Source of the DNA: Callorhinchus milii
Taxonomy: Eukaryota
Reading direction: 5' to 3'
Length of the DNA stretch: 64,000 nucleotides
Assembly (NCBI RefSeq): GCF_018977255.1
Contig: NW_024704743.1
Span: 110,176,001-110,240,000, forward strand
In this document: in pieces, positions 35,959-49,046 of the stretch
How the letters are laid out: every line of letters begins with the position of its first letter
Numbering within the stretch: position 1 is the first letter of the stretch
The notes under the pieces: model-generated
The model's input: the letters and a program-made list of their open reading frames with translations, nothing else
What the model was told of the DNA's origin: nothing
The model's database searches: none
Program-made: the position numbers and the translations under genes

Positions 35959-37849
35959 CATAGGAGCGTCAGCCTAGACTGTGGGTTCAAAGACCCGATA
36001 TGGAGCTTGAACCCACAACCTTCTGACTCAGAGGCGAGAGCGCTACCAACTGAGCCACCTAGTAAATATACTTGCATATGTATATATAAAAAACATCTAC
36101 AGTGGCCTGCCAAGTGGACTTCAGAGATTTTAAAACAGAAGCAGCTGTGAACTCTGCTCCATTGCTACGGGACAACGGTGACTAATATAAAGCAATTTCC
36201 ACTCAAGAGAAACCATTCATGACTGATTTCACTGGAAACCTAGCTGAGCAGTGTACATAATTAGACCCGAACAGCTGCAGACACAATTTGGCATGTTGTC
36301 TTGCCCCTTTGCTCTCTGTTCTTCTTTTTCTCTGTCTTTCTCTGTCATTGAACTGCGCTCATCCACTCATCCATCATTCCCGTGAGTTGGTAAGGTAAGA
36401 TAGCCAAACCACTCGTCCTTGTCTCCATGTTCACACCCAACCCCACTCCCCCTCCCACCCCACTCTGCCATATCTCATCATCCCTCTCCAGGCTCCTTCC
36501 TACATTCCAATGCCTGTAGCTCTCCTTCACTTAGCAGTCCATAGGTTGTGGGCAAGTCATTCACAAGGCAGTATTTCCTCAAGCTAAATGCCACGCACTG
36601 ATCCTCCTGGAGATGGTTCACTGGGAAATGAGCTGTCATCTGATCTGCTCATGTCAATAAATGTCACATCACGTCTTCACCAAGTCATTGACCCAGACTC
36701 TCTCACTCAACAACAGCGACCTGCATCTATACAGCACCCTTAGGAACAGCTCGATGCTGCAACAGGAAGAAGGTAGAGTGGTATTTTGGAAGATTGAAAT
36801 CAAATGGGCCAAAGGGCCCTCTTTTGTGATCTTGCGAGTGCTTACATTTGATACAGCACTATCAAGACACCTCTGGCAATGAAGCGCTCTCTTGCCCCCT
36901 CCCTTCCTAGGTCTACATGTGCATAGGGTGTCAGCATAGACTGGGAGCGTGACTGTGAGTCCCATCGTGAAGAATATGAGCTTGTAGCATAGGTTTGACA
37001 CTCCAGGTTGATCGGTTCCCAGCCAGACTCATACCAGTAAAGACAGATTAGAGTATCAAAGTACTTTGAAAATCGATGAGGCACTTAAGTGGAATACAAT
37101 GTACCTTAAATCATGGTGGCACGGATGCTCATTTGATTAGCATAAATGTGTATCGTCAGTGGAGAATCTTATTAAATCATGCTGGCAACGACCTGCTAAA
37201 ATATAGAGAATGAGTGAGAAGAAGGAGACAAGGGAATTGAAGATTATTGCCGAAATCTGTTGAAAGATTAATGGGTCAGGCACCTCCCATTTCTTAATTA
37301 TAGAATTATATTTGGTTATTATGTAACCAATTATCACACAAATCTCATTTTACAACAAATTCAGATTTGAGATCTCACTTCCTCACTCTCTTTTTATCTT
37401 TCACTCTGTTCCCTGCTACGAAGTCATCTTTATTTCTATCTCCAGACAAAAACGTAGATTAAGCTTCACCCTTTGACTTGGGATATCTTCATTAAACATG
37501 TGTAAGCGAATTAGTCCCTCAAAGCTAAATTTTAGAAAGTTAGTAAACCCAGATATAAGGACAATCTATCTTAACTGAATGTACTTGGCTTCTCATCAAT
37601 TCTTTCAGTCCCCCCTCTCTCTAGAAATGAATTGATTTGTCTCCTGGACTTTTTATACTGTCTGCTTCAACCCCATTCCTGGTGATATAGTCCCCAAATG
37701 TGTCAACACTTTGCTTCAAATGAAGTGAAAATATGGGATGTGATGTGATAACTAAACTGGTAATAATTATCATATTGCATGCTGTATTTTATTTGATGAG
37801 TTAATGACCCATAACCATATGCTAATCAAAAAAATACATTAGTCTCTCA

Positions 37850-38582
37850 GATTAATTGGTCATTCATCCCGTGGTTGCTTGGAGGACCTTGCTGTACTCA
37901 AAATTGCTGTCGGGTGTGTCTAGAAATTCAGTCACTACACTTGATAGTGTTTACCATTTAAGCGCTTTGAGAGAGCTTGACATATGAGGCATTCTGAAAC
38001 ATCTAAATTCTTGCTTTATATCCTTAAATTACTTCACAACAGATGTTGGCTGTTCTTACAGGCTGTTACTTGTAACACACTCATGCAGCTGGAAGAGAAT
38101 GTGTCTCTGTCCATCCACCCGTGGTCTGCTCTCTCTCTCTCTCTCTCTGTGGCTCGGTCCCTTTGGCTGAGCAAAAATTCCACACTGGAACAATCTCTCT
38201 GATGTGAGGCTAGGAAGCAATCAGAACATGCTTGTGTCTGTGTTGGATTTTCACTCCTCCCAGGCCTCTTTCGCAAGGGACCGAGCCACAGAGAGAGAGA
38301 GAGAGAGAGAGAAAGAAAGCATAGAGGACGGGTGGATGGACACCCATGATTAATCTTCCAAATGCATGAATGTGTTACAAGTAACAACCTGTGAGAATAG
38401 CCAACATCTGTTTCGAAATAACTTAGGGACATAATGAACTTAAATGTTTTACAATGCCTCATATGTCAAGATCTCTCAAAGTGATTCACGGTAATCATAG
38501 TCAAGTGTAGTGACTGTTTCTGTAGGAACCATTTTGTTCACAGCAAGGTCCTACAAACAACCATGGTGAATAGACAATTTTA
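37850..38582. repeat. Long imperfect inverted repeat (~310-bp arms, ~110-bp partly self-complementary spacer)
   Basis: Left arm 37850-38163 matches the reverse complement of 38275-38582, including CTTGACATATGAGGCATT, AACAGATGTTGGCT, TGTTACTTGTAACACA, TGTCCATCCACCCGT and (CT)nGTGGCTCGGTCCCTT. Confidence 0.95.
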
Positions 38583-39354
38583 CCTAAGGGGACGTATTGG
38601 CCAGGACACTTGGAGAAACTCGCTTTGCTTTTCAAAGAGCATCGCAGGATCTTTAATAAACACAACTGAAGAACAGGCAGATGGTACCTTGGTTTAAAGT
38701 CTATCTGAAAAAGCAAATTATGCCAAAGTTGGGGTGGGGAGGGAAACGGTGTGTTCACTCATCACTGAGGGAATCACAATTGAGCCCGACCTCTCCCCAC
38801 TCTGTTGCCACACATATGCTCAATCAATAAAGGGCCCAAGAACAGCAACCCTAGCTGATTTCCCCCTTCCTGACCCTGAGAAGACAGGAATAATTTAGTT
38901 GCCCCATTCAGTTCCAGGTAAGACTAACAAACTCAACACAGCCTTCCTGGGATTCAAACAATTGCAGCTGCAGCTCTATCCACTGTAGCATCACAAACCA
39001 AAAGAGTGCAGAAAGTGCGAAGTAAAATCTTATCCAAGTCCGTCCTCTGAATAAACAAGCAAAACATAAAATCGCTAACAGCAATGAATTCAAGGGTTAT
39101 TTTCAGAATGTCTTCTATACTGACTAGCGCGGATTGCAAAATGCCACCCTTTGCATAGGCCCATGAAAGCTTGGAATTGTATTGTGCTCACAGTCTAACA
39201 CAGTCTAATACAATTCAATTCCACAGACCACTTTGGCACGCCTCAAAAGAGGAAATGTTTCAGAGAGACCACTCGAGGTGGGGTTTGGGAAGAAAGTGTG
39301 GCAAGGATGGCTCTGCGACCAGTTTCAGAGAGACTGGCCTTTTGAACGACTTGA

Positions 39355-39357
39355 TCT

Positions 39358-39392
<35 letters not shown>

Positions 39393-39400
39393 CTCTCTCT
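39355..39400 (+). repeat. (TTTC)n/(TC)n microsatellite
   Basis: Directly visible. Confidence 0.9.
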
Positions 39401-39837
39401 TAGTTAGAAGCTTGTGACATCAACCTCATTTAAACACTCAGCAGAAAGTACAAGCTGCAAGGCCTGTTTTCAGCTTAACATCAGCAAACGTTGTTAAGGA
39501 GACAGTTGACACATGCTCAGGAACAGAAAACCAATCTGCTCAAGTTCTCCATTGGGGACATAGGGCTGCATAGTGAAATCTTTCATAGTAAAGCCTGGGG
39601 GAAAGTTGCACCTGGGTCTAGAGTTATTCTCTTTAACTTAGCTTTTCAGAGTTCAGAATTTGGCAAATTCTCAAATACAGCCTTAATTTTGAAGCAGTTG
39701 CTCCTACTTTTAAGAACTGGGCCCGTTAAAGACTGAAATTCTAAAACTTGCTAAGTTCCAACACTCTGAAATATCGAGTTAATAGAGTGAAGCTGAACCA
39801 TGTTGGAAATTTTCTCCATTAAATGTGATAATCGTCA

Positions 39838-40460
39838 ACTACTCCATCCCGCAGTCCCTCCGCCTCGCACCTTCCCTCGTCTCCTTTAATAACCATCTCA
39901 AGACTCTCTTCGCCGAGCCTTCGATCACCCTCCTTCCCCACTGCCCTCCACTCTCCCTGATCCTGACCCTTTGCTCGGGTCAGAAACACTGATTGTCCAG
40001 TGACTTGGGACGTCCTCCCAACGTGAAAGGCACTATACAAATGTAACTTTGTTGCTATTGGACTCATTGGACTCTTTCATGGAGGGCAGCATTGAGAAAT
40101 GTATTACTGAAACTGAGCCTGAGCTGAGAGAACAATAGGAGTTTGGAGTGGAAGGTGACCAAAAGCGCAGTCATTGAGTTAAGGTCTTCAGGTGAAAGCA
40201 GGCGAGCAAAGGGGTCGAGGTGGTATTTGCTAAAAGCAGAACAAAGTCCCTTAAGGTTTGCCCACCATGAGATTTTTAATATCTACCTTGGGTCCTCGGT
40301 TAATGTCTTAGCCAAAGGGTGGCTCCTCCAACAATGCAGTACTCCACCAACATTGTGTTGTGTTGCATTGTGAAATGCTGTACACTGTCCAGGGCCTTGG
40401 GACGTCCTCCCGACGTGAAAGGCGCTATACAAATGTAATCTTGTTGTTGTTGTTGTTGTG
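39838..40460 (+). mobile_element. Two L2 3' ends (39838-40060 and 40385-40460)
   Basis: TTGGGACGTCCTCCC.ACGTGAAAGGC.CTATACAAATGTAA followed by TTG repeats. Confidence 0.85.
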
Positions 40461-41104
40461 AGTCTTGAGGCAGAATTCTGCTCCAGAGAAAAGAGTGTTG
40501 CCACCTGAGCCAGACTGACAATCGCGTGTGTTATGCATAGCCGGAGCACAACACTGAGATTTCATGCTGTGTTCTGCTCAATCAGATGCTCATGTGATTT
40601 ATTTTTCTCTTTGAAGGGAGCTGTTTTTCTAAATGTGCTGCATGTTTGTTTCCAGTACAAGCATACAGATCACAAGATTGGTTTGGGTGAAGAAAGCCCT
40701 TTGAACCATTTGATCTCCTTCCAAAACATTTACACTACCATCCTCCCATGGCAGCATCAAGCCGTTTTTTAAATGCAGTTAAGACAATGTACCAGTTTCC
40801 TGGCCTCAACCATGATAATTCCTGGTTTCTTCAATTGTGCATTTACGTACCATCTGTGTAAAGAAATACTTCCCGGTTCCTTCTCCCAAATCGCCCTTTA
40901 CAGTATTGAATCTGCACAATTCAAGTTTAGTTTCAACATGATGCAACAGAGATAGCATAGATTGGGTACCACTGCTTTAAGGCAATTTTGTCTTAAAGTT
41001 TAAGGTGATGTGGAATTGGAAAGTTTCTTAAATTGAAAGCCAATTTTCCAAGGTTTTAGAGTTGTAAAGATTTAGAGGTATAATACATAAGTCCCGGCGA
41101 TCAC

Positions 41105-41990
41105 ATATTCCCTTGAAAAATAAAAATACCACGGGACAAGTGGTTCAACCTTGGCTAACTAGAGAAGTTAGGGTAAGTATAAAATTAAAAGAAGAGACCT
41201 ATAATACTGCCGTCGTCATCGTCATCATTATGGTGGTGGTGGTGGTGGTGGTTGCACCTAGAATATTGTGTGCAGTTTTGGTCTCCTTAGAGGAGGTGCA
41301 GCATAGTTTACTAGGTTTGTTCCTGGGATGAGGGGGTTGACCTATGAGGATAGATTGAGTAAACTAGGCACATATTCTCTGGAATATAGAAGAATTAGAG
41401 GTGATCTTGTAGAAACCTATAAGATTCTTAAGTGTCTTGACTGCGTAGATGCCGTGAGTCTGTTTCCCTGTTTGGAGAATCTAAAACTACGTGCCATAGT
41501 CTCAAGATTAAGGGTCAGCCTTTTCGAACTGAGTCAAGGAAACATTTCTTCACTCAGAGGGTAGTGAATTTGTGGAATTCTCTACCCCAGAAGCTGTGGA
41601 ATCTCAGTCCTTGAACATACTCAAAACTGAGGTTGATAGATTTCTAAAGGATAGAGGGATTAAGGGATATGGGGATAGGGCGGGTAAATGGAATTGGGTT
41701 CGAAGATCAGCCATGATCTTATTAAATGGCAGGGCAGGCTAGAGGGGCCGAATGGCCTACTCCTGATCCTACGTCTTATGGTCTCATGGTAAAGGGCAAT
41801 TTCAGAATAGATAACTAGGAAGTTTTTCTTTACTCAGAGGGTAATCAATGACTGGAACAGGTTGGCTAGAAAAGTGGTAGAGTATTGGACACATTTAATA
41901 AGCAGCTTGATGCTGTGATGGGGGTAGAGTGGTGTTCTGGAGGGATGAGATTGGACGGGCCGAAGGGCTTCTTCATCCAAACCAATCTTG
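41105..41990 (+). mobile_element. CR1-clade LINE with the RT core deleted, followed by a second CR1 3' end (41790-41990)
   Basis: QPWLTREVRVSIKLKEETY linker, HLEYCVQFWSP, and GLTYEDRLSKLG.YSLEYRRIRGDLVETYKI. The 3'UTR ends in TCTTATGG-type repeats. Confidence 0.9.
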
Positions 41991-42726
41991 TGGAGATCAG
42001 CTTTGAGGGAAAAGCAAAGGAGAGTTTCTGATAAGCACAGTTGTTTGAATGGCTGTTCAGCTTTGTTGGGCTCTGCATGTGCCTCTTCTCTGTGAAGAAC
42101 AAAGGACAAGGTGACAGAATGACATGCACTGTACAGGTGTTAATATGTATTACCATAAGAATCAACATGACTCACCCAGGACATAAGCATCTATTTGCAT
42201 TCAATATGGAACGCAACAATATGTATGGAAATTATATTCGGTACATCATGCAATGGAAGGAAGAGATGTTCTGTTATATTTGTGTCAGCATCCCTCAGTC
42301 AGTAGTGCTCTCGCCTCCGCGTCAGTACAGTGCAAGGGACAATGCAAGTCCTGCATAAAACCAAAGTCCCATCTGCCTGCTCAAGGAGAATTCTAATGGG
42401 TTTTCTTATTAAGGAATCCTGTTAAGAAATACTTCAATTTAAAGGCAAGGTATTCTTTAATGATAATGGACTGTATTTTATAGGTAAATACAGCAGCTAA
42501 TTTGCACACAGCAATGAGGTGAATGACAATTTTTTTCTCTCGGGGTGGAGGGTGCAGATTGTTGGCTCGGACACTGGAAAAAATCCTTTTCATTGCAAAT
42601 AGTGCTGTGGGATCTTTAATTCCCCCTGAAAAGGCAGATGGGACCTCAGTTTTAACATTTCATCCAAATGTCAGCAGCTCCAAGATAATGCAACTCCCTT
42701 AACTCTCCCAGCACTGTATTAATGTT

Positions 42727-43103
42727 AATAATAATACTTTGCATTTGATATAGCACTTAACACGTCATTGAGAAGTCTCCACATGCTTCACAGAATATAC
42801 TGTAAAGTGAATTGACTGTATATTTTGTGGGCGAAACGCAGCAGCCAATTGTGCACAGCAGCATCCCATAAACAGTCTTGGATTGAATGACCAAATTATT
42901 GTTATTATATTTATTTATTTTGAAAGGAACATTACCCCAAAATGATCTGCTAATCGCCTAACTACCGGGTAACTATTTACTGCTAGGTAAACAGAGTCAT
43001 GTGGAGAAAGGAAACTTGCCTAAGGTTTTGCCCTGCCCAGGAATCAAACCCAGGTATTCTCACTTGCGAGGCGAGTGGTCTAACCAATACGCTACAGGAC
43101 TCC
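42727..43103 (-). mobile_element. Full-length long-variant tRNA-Ala SINE nested in a DeuSINE (about 42440-43205, -)
   Basis: The head ends in CAGGACTCC at 43103, and the DeuSINE body continues on both sides. Confidence 0.85.
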
Positions 43104-44139
43104 GTCTTGAACTATCAACCTAGACTGTGAGCTCAAAGTCTCAATGTGAACCCACAACCTACTGACTCAGAGACGAGTGTGCTACAAACTGAGCCAGGCT
43201 GACATTCGGGGACCAAGCTTGCTGTAGTCTCATGAAGAGTCAAGAGGCTGAGTGGGACTTAATTTCACTGACAGTCATATCAAAGCTATCCTGCTGTTCA
43301 ATAACCTCAAACAGTAAAACAGAACTCTGTCTGTCAGTGCTTAATGGAAACTGTCATCTTGCGATGTCACAGAAAATCAGACATAAAGTAAAAGTCTCTG
43401 TACCCTTGAGGAGAACTCGTGTGTCAAGCGAGCTTTGCATCTGAAACTCTTGACTTTCCTGCAGCTCGCTTGAAAGACAGGTTCATTTCCATTGATGCAA
43501 TACTCCATGTATAAGAGACCTTTGTGTTACCGAGCATCTTGTGACGTATTCCTAGTTGACTGTGTACAGGAGATAGATAACAAAATGCAAAATCTAATTG
43601 TTAAAGTGAGTAGCCACAGTAATTTTACAGGTCATTGAATATTGCGCATATATAAATACTTTATTCAGCGTAATATTTTCTATATAATAAATAATGTATC
43701 TTAACTGTGACATTTTTTTCTTTTGCTTGTTTAAAACTTGTCCTTGGTCATCATTGTTCTATTTTATCATATCCCTCTGTTAGTGTCACCTTCGCCTGCT
43801 CAGCAGTGCTCTTGTCCCAGGGTCAAAAGGTTTTGGAGTCAAAACCCCTCAATCGACACGTCTCAAAACGCTTCACAGAATATACTGCAAAGTGAATTGA
43901 CTATATTTTGTGGCCGAAACGCACAAAATATATAGGAGTATATAAGGTTCTAATTGTGATTGAGAAAGCAAACCTAAACCAGTACTTTCAGATATGTCAA
44001 GGCACCAAAACAAAAGGGCACTGGTTCACGGTTGTGAAGAGTAATTTCAGGACAGGATCCAGGAAGCATTTTACCCAGAGGGTAATAAACAACTGGAACA
44101 AGTTTTGCAACTTAGTTTGCCTTCAACATTTGCAGGATT

Positions 44140-44780
44140 TTACACTAAACTGACATTCTAACACATTGCTGGGAGCTCTAAATTGTCAGAGGTGTTGTCT
44201 TTCAAGTGAGATTTTAAAAACCAAAGTCATGTAGGCCTGTTCCTGTAGACTTTTAAAAACTAATTACTATTCAAAAAGAGAAGGGAGTTTCTCCTGGAGT
44301 TCTGGCCACCGATCCTACAGAGTAATTGGTCATTCACTTCATGGCTGTTTGTGGGGCATTGATGTGTGCAAATTGGCTGCCTACAACCACACAGCCATCA
44401 TACTTAGCAGCAATTCCCTGTGAAGCACTTTGAGTCATTTCAACATTATAGTTGAATATCAAATGCAAGGATTAATATTATAATCATAATAATCCTTACA
44501 TTTGATATAGCGCCTTATCACACTTTCGAGATGTCTCAAAGCACTTCACAAAATATACTGTAAAGTGAATTGACTGTACATTTTGTGGGCGAAACACGGC
44601 AGCCAATTACACACAGCAGTGTCCCACAAACAGTCATGGATTGGGTGACCAAATTACTATTTTTTTTAGGGGTCTATTACCCCCAGAAGAGTAATCCTCC
44701 AATTAACTAACAACCAGGTTCTTCCTGCTAGGTAAACAGAAGGGTGTGGAGTAAGGAAACTTGCCCAACGTTTTGCCCTG
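44140..44780. mobile_element. Tail-to-tail SINE pair: DeuSINE (+, 44140-44485) and tRNA-Ala SINE (-, 44485-44780)
   Basis: ATATCAAATGCAAGGATTA..TAATCCTTACATTTGATAT junction. Confidence 0.85.
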
Positions 44781-45598
44781 ATAATATTATTAATATTTAA
44801 CAGTACAATAGTGTTCTTGAACAATCACCCAATCAAATTACAGAAAATATAATTTATTGATTCTGAAATGTCTCAGATTTTGCACCAAGCATTCCCCAAA
44901 ATGTAGAAACTGAAAATAGATGGTCTTAATATATACATTCCATGGCCTGTGCTGTCAGAAGTGAATACAGATTATGTTACATTTCATGGGTTACAATATT
45001 AAGCAGCACTGCCCTCCAGAAAGAGGAGAGCTGAGTGCCGTAAATAAAATTGACAAGCATATCTCAAAGGCAATGCTTTACTAAGCCTGCTTGCTATTTC
45101 TGATTTTTTACCAGCCACATATTTTCAAAATAAAAAATAATGTCATATCCTTCATATCTGGAATTACAATAGAGACTTATTTGAATGCCCTTCCTGAAGC
45201 GAAGATCTTGTGCAAAAAAAAGAGATATCAGGATGGAAACAGCGAGCTGTGATACAATACGATGTCAGCATGGCTTGGTTAGTAGCGCTCTTGCTTCTGA
45301 GTCACAAGGTTATGGGTTCTACTCTCCACGTTGGTGACTTGGAACTCACAGTCTAAGATGATGCTCTAGACCATTTATCAATTTCTATCCCGTCTGTGTT
45401 GTGTATGTGCTTCCTGTTGTTACATTCAATATGGAGTATCATGTGTCAGCTTGTTAGAAGCTTGTGGGTTCAAATCCTACATCAGGACTTTGAATTCACA
45501 ATCTAAGTTTACACTATGATGCAATATGGGGGGAAGCACTGCATTGTTAGAGCTGCAATCCTTTGTATGAGATTGATATCCTATATCTGATATGAGGT

Positions 45599-45949
45599 GG
45601 AGTCCTGTAGCTCCGTGGTTAGAGCACTCACCTCACAAGCGAGAGACCTGGGTTCGATTCTAGGCAGGGAGAAATGTTGTGCAAGTTTCCTTACTCCACA
45701 TGTCTCTGTTTACCTAGCAGTAAATAGGAACCCAGTTGTTAATCGATTGTTGGATCACTTTTCTAGGGGTAATAATTCCTTAAAAAAATAATAACTTGGT
45801 CACTCAATCCACAACAGTTTGTGTGTAATTGGTTGCTGAGTTTCGCCCACAAAATATAAAGTCAATTCACTTTAGAGTATAATCTGGGAAGATGTCTCGA
45901 AGACATGATAAGGTGCTATATCAAATGCAAGGATTATTATTATTATTAT
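45599..45949 (+). mobile_element. Full-length long-variant tRNA-Ala SINE nested in a DeuSINE (about 45455-46175)
   Basis: GGAGTCCTGTAGCTCCGTGGTTAGAGCAC..GGTTCGATTC head and (TTA)n tail. Confidence 0.88.
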
Positions 45950-46294
45950 ATCCCGTTTGTACAGGTTGAAGTTAAAGGACCCATGACACCACTGGATAAG
46001 AGAAGGAAGTTTCTCCCGGTGTCCTGGCCAACTATCCTCCAATTTACTTCATGGCTGTTTGTGGGACATTGCTGTGGCCTTCACCTAAAAACATACAGTC
46101 ACTACACTTTACAGTAAATCCTGGTCTTTAAGAACTTCTCCTGAAAGGAATTATATCAAATGAAATGATTATTATTTTTCATTCATTCACTTTCTGCTAT
46201 CCTCCTTGGGTAGAGGGAGGGAAGCAGGGTTTTCTTATAACTGAACTGGCTCCAAGATTACATACTTGGCAATGGAATGTCGGAACCGAATCAA

Positions 46295-46672
46295 TCTGGG
46301 GGCATGGATTCTTCCCACTCAGCTCCTGTCAAAACTGCAAGCCAAAGCCCTAACAATCAGGTTGTCCTAGCTGAACAAGCAACAGGAAACTTGCCAGGCA
46401 GTGCTGTCAATGACAAGTTACATTGGTTTAACTGATTAGACTCCAGCAGTACCACAGTGTGCATTCTGGAGTCCCGAAGCCTTGGATCTTGCAATCTGTA
46501 CTTAATACTCTCCAGAATTAGGTAAGCAAGTTATATCCCCCTGCGTATTCCATTCCAGACACAGGGAAATTTCCATGTATAGATGGGATGCATGGAACTC
46601 AATTTGGTTTGGATACTCTTAATCATGGTGATGGGTTTCTGCTTGTGTCAGAAACTCAGCTGACCAAAAGAA
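46295..46672 (+). repeat. Family E repeat, 3' part
   Basis: Ends GGATACTCTTAATCATGGTGATGGGTTTCTGCTTGTGTCAGAAACTCAGCTGACCAAAAG, matching the 31120 and 63510 copies. Confidence 0.75.
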
Positions 46673-48940
46673 TACCTACCTTTCACCATTTGTGCTGGTG
46701 AGTCAGCTAAAACTGCCATAGTTTTCCCACTATGAGGATTTTTTTTCCCAGTTCAATAAATATAGCATCTGTTAATGCGGCATGACACTTTGCTTCCAAT
46801 GATGAATAGGCCACAGCTGGCTATATTCAATGCAAGGGATCTATTTAGTAGTTGTTGTGAAAGCTAATCTGAAGGAAAGAAAGTATCAACGTGACACCTT
46901 TTATCCTGCAGCACTACTTTGATGTGGCAAGTCAGTCATACAGGTAGGCAGAACACTAACTGCAAGGAGAAAGTAAACCCAGAATAAAAGTCCCAGATAC
47001 ACCAATGCAACAGAACAAGAGGCCACAAGTTCTGGGTTGTGATAGATAAGTTTACACGTGTAGTCAACAGCTGGAATGGGTTACTATGAGAATTATTTGG
47101 GAAGTAAGAGGGGATTTAAGACGTAAGGATGGTAAGGAGAAAAGATGAGGAAATGTGATTAAAGGATCTGCCATGATCTAATAGCCAAGTGGAACACGCT
47201 CAATAGGCTGAGTGGCCATTGATGGAGAATGTTTTGAAATGCTTAGAGATAGTAAATCTAGACCTGCAGCAGTACATGTTAATGCTCCTGTATTCCCAAG
47301 AAAGATGGATCTCAAAGGACAAGGACACTGGACTGAGTTAAGAAACATCCTGATAGTATATTGGGATGATTGTGTAAGGTGGGTGTTCTGGAAGGATGGG
47401 ATCAAATGGGCTGAAGGGCCTTCTTCATCAGAACCTCTCATGTGCTCCTGTACTTCTTGTGACACGGTAACAGATGCAAATGATAAACTTAAACTGAGCC
47501 AGTGACAATAATATAAGGGCATTGTGGCATTTCACTCACAAAATATACAGTGAATTCACTTTACAGTATATTCTGTGAAGCTCTTTGAGATGTCTTGAAG
47601 ATGTATCAAATACAAGGATTATTATAAGTATTAATGCTAATATTATTTAAAGGAACTGTACTTCGTAGAGCATGGACTTAGTTTTTCACCGGGCACCTTC
47701 GTCAATGGACTGGCACAGTTTAGTATGGTCATGTTCGATGGATCAAACTGCTTTTCAGTGTCATTTTTATCAATTTCCAGAAACACGCGGTAGCAATAAA
47801 ATAGTAGTTTTTGAAATTTTTATTACCGTAGAGAACTCAATAATGGAAAGAGAAGCTAATGGGCACGATTCAAGTGACAGCTCCAGGCAAAAGCTGAATA
47901 GTTCTCTCCCTCCAGAATGCCATCTACGCTCATTCAATGCCATTCTCCTCCACCAATATCAATAGTGTCCCTTGTTGCACTCAATTCCTGAGTCCCTGCA
48001 GCCTTGTAGTCCCAGAGCCCAGTAGAACAGACTTCACATCAGCAGTGCACAAGAGCAATCTGTGGGGAGAAATTCCACCAAGGTTTAGATTTATTCTATT
48101 TTACCCAGCATTTCAGAGTCCAGGATGAGAATTCGTTCTCCCATTTTCAAGTCATTTTTGTCTGTAGTTCTTAAAAGAACATATGCAAAAAGAAATTGTT
48201 TGAAGATGAAGACTGAATTGAATAATTTGCAAGTCCCAATAATGGGCTTGGAACCCACAATTGTTTAACTGAGAGGAGAGAGTACTACCTACTGAGCCAG
48301 GTTGGCACACTTTATCTAGGGAGGCAGGAAGGGGGGTTGGGGACACCTAACAAGGCACTTGCTGCAAGGATTTTTCTTGTAACAGATCAGAGATTTAAAA
48401 CAATGGTTCTGGCACTTACCAGCATGACAGCTGAGTAACTTGCTCCACTGTCCCTTTACTGGGTGCCATCAGAAATCATTTGTGCTGCACAGAATGATGA
48501 AGTCCCATCTTATCAGTCCCAGTTGTACTCAGAGCAAGTTGTCCCTTTCTGCCAGTGCAAGTCTCCCTCACTCAGCTGTGACTATGAAAGGAGCAGTCTT
48601 TCTCCAGGGTGATGAACTTACAGATTGAAAACTATTAATAATAATCCTTGCATTTGATGTCTCAAAGCGCTTCAAGGGATTTTCTGTGATGTGCAGTGTA
48701 TTTTGTAGGCAGGCAAATTGCACAAGCAATGTCCCACAAACAGCTATGAAATGAATGACCAATTTTATCTGGGGGATTGTTAGCCAGGAATATTGACTAT
48801 AATAATAATAATAATCCTTGCATTTGATATAGCGCTTTTCACGTCGGGAGGACGTCCCAAAGCGCTTCACAGAACACACTGTAAAGTGAATTGACTGAAA
48901 AGCAGCAAACTGGAGGCAAGCAGTAGCAGCCTGCATTATG

Positions 48941-49046
48941 TAGGGTGACCAACAAGTGGTGATACCATTACAATGTCTAATTAGTTCTTAAATCATTTTT
49001 TTTAGATAAATAAGGTAGCTAAAAAATAAAACTTTTTGGTCACCCA
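48941..49046. mobile_element. Tiny hAT-Blackjack-like MITE
   Basis: TAGGGTGACCA...TGGTCACCCA termini. The flanks GCATTATG/GTATTAGC are a possible decayed 8-bp TSD. Confidence 0.55.

Noticed and set aside
36911..36954. 44-nt exon-like segment (CCCTTCCTAG|...|GTGAGT)
   Set aside because: It has stops in all three frames and no partner exons. Such signal pairs arise by chance in 64 kb.
41113..41331. ORF with a poly-Val 'transmembrane' stretch
   Set aside because: The hydrophobic run is a translated GTG/GTC/ATC microsatellite inside a CR1 relic.
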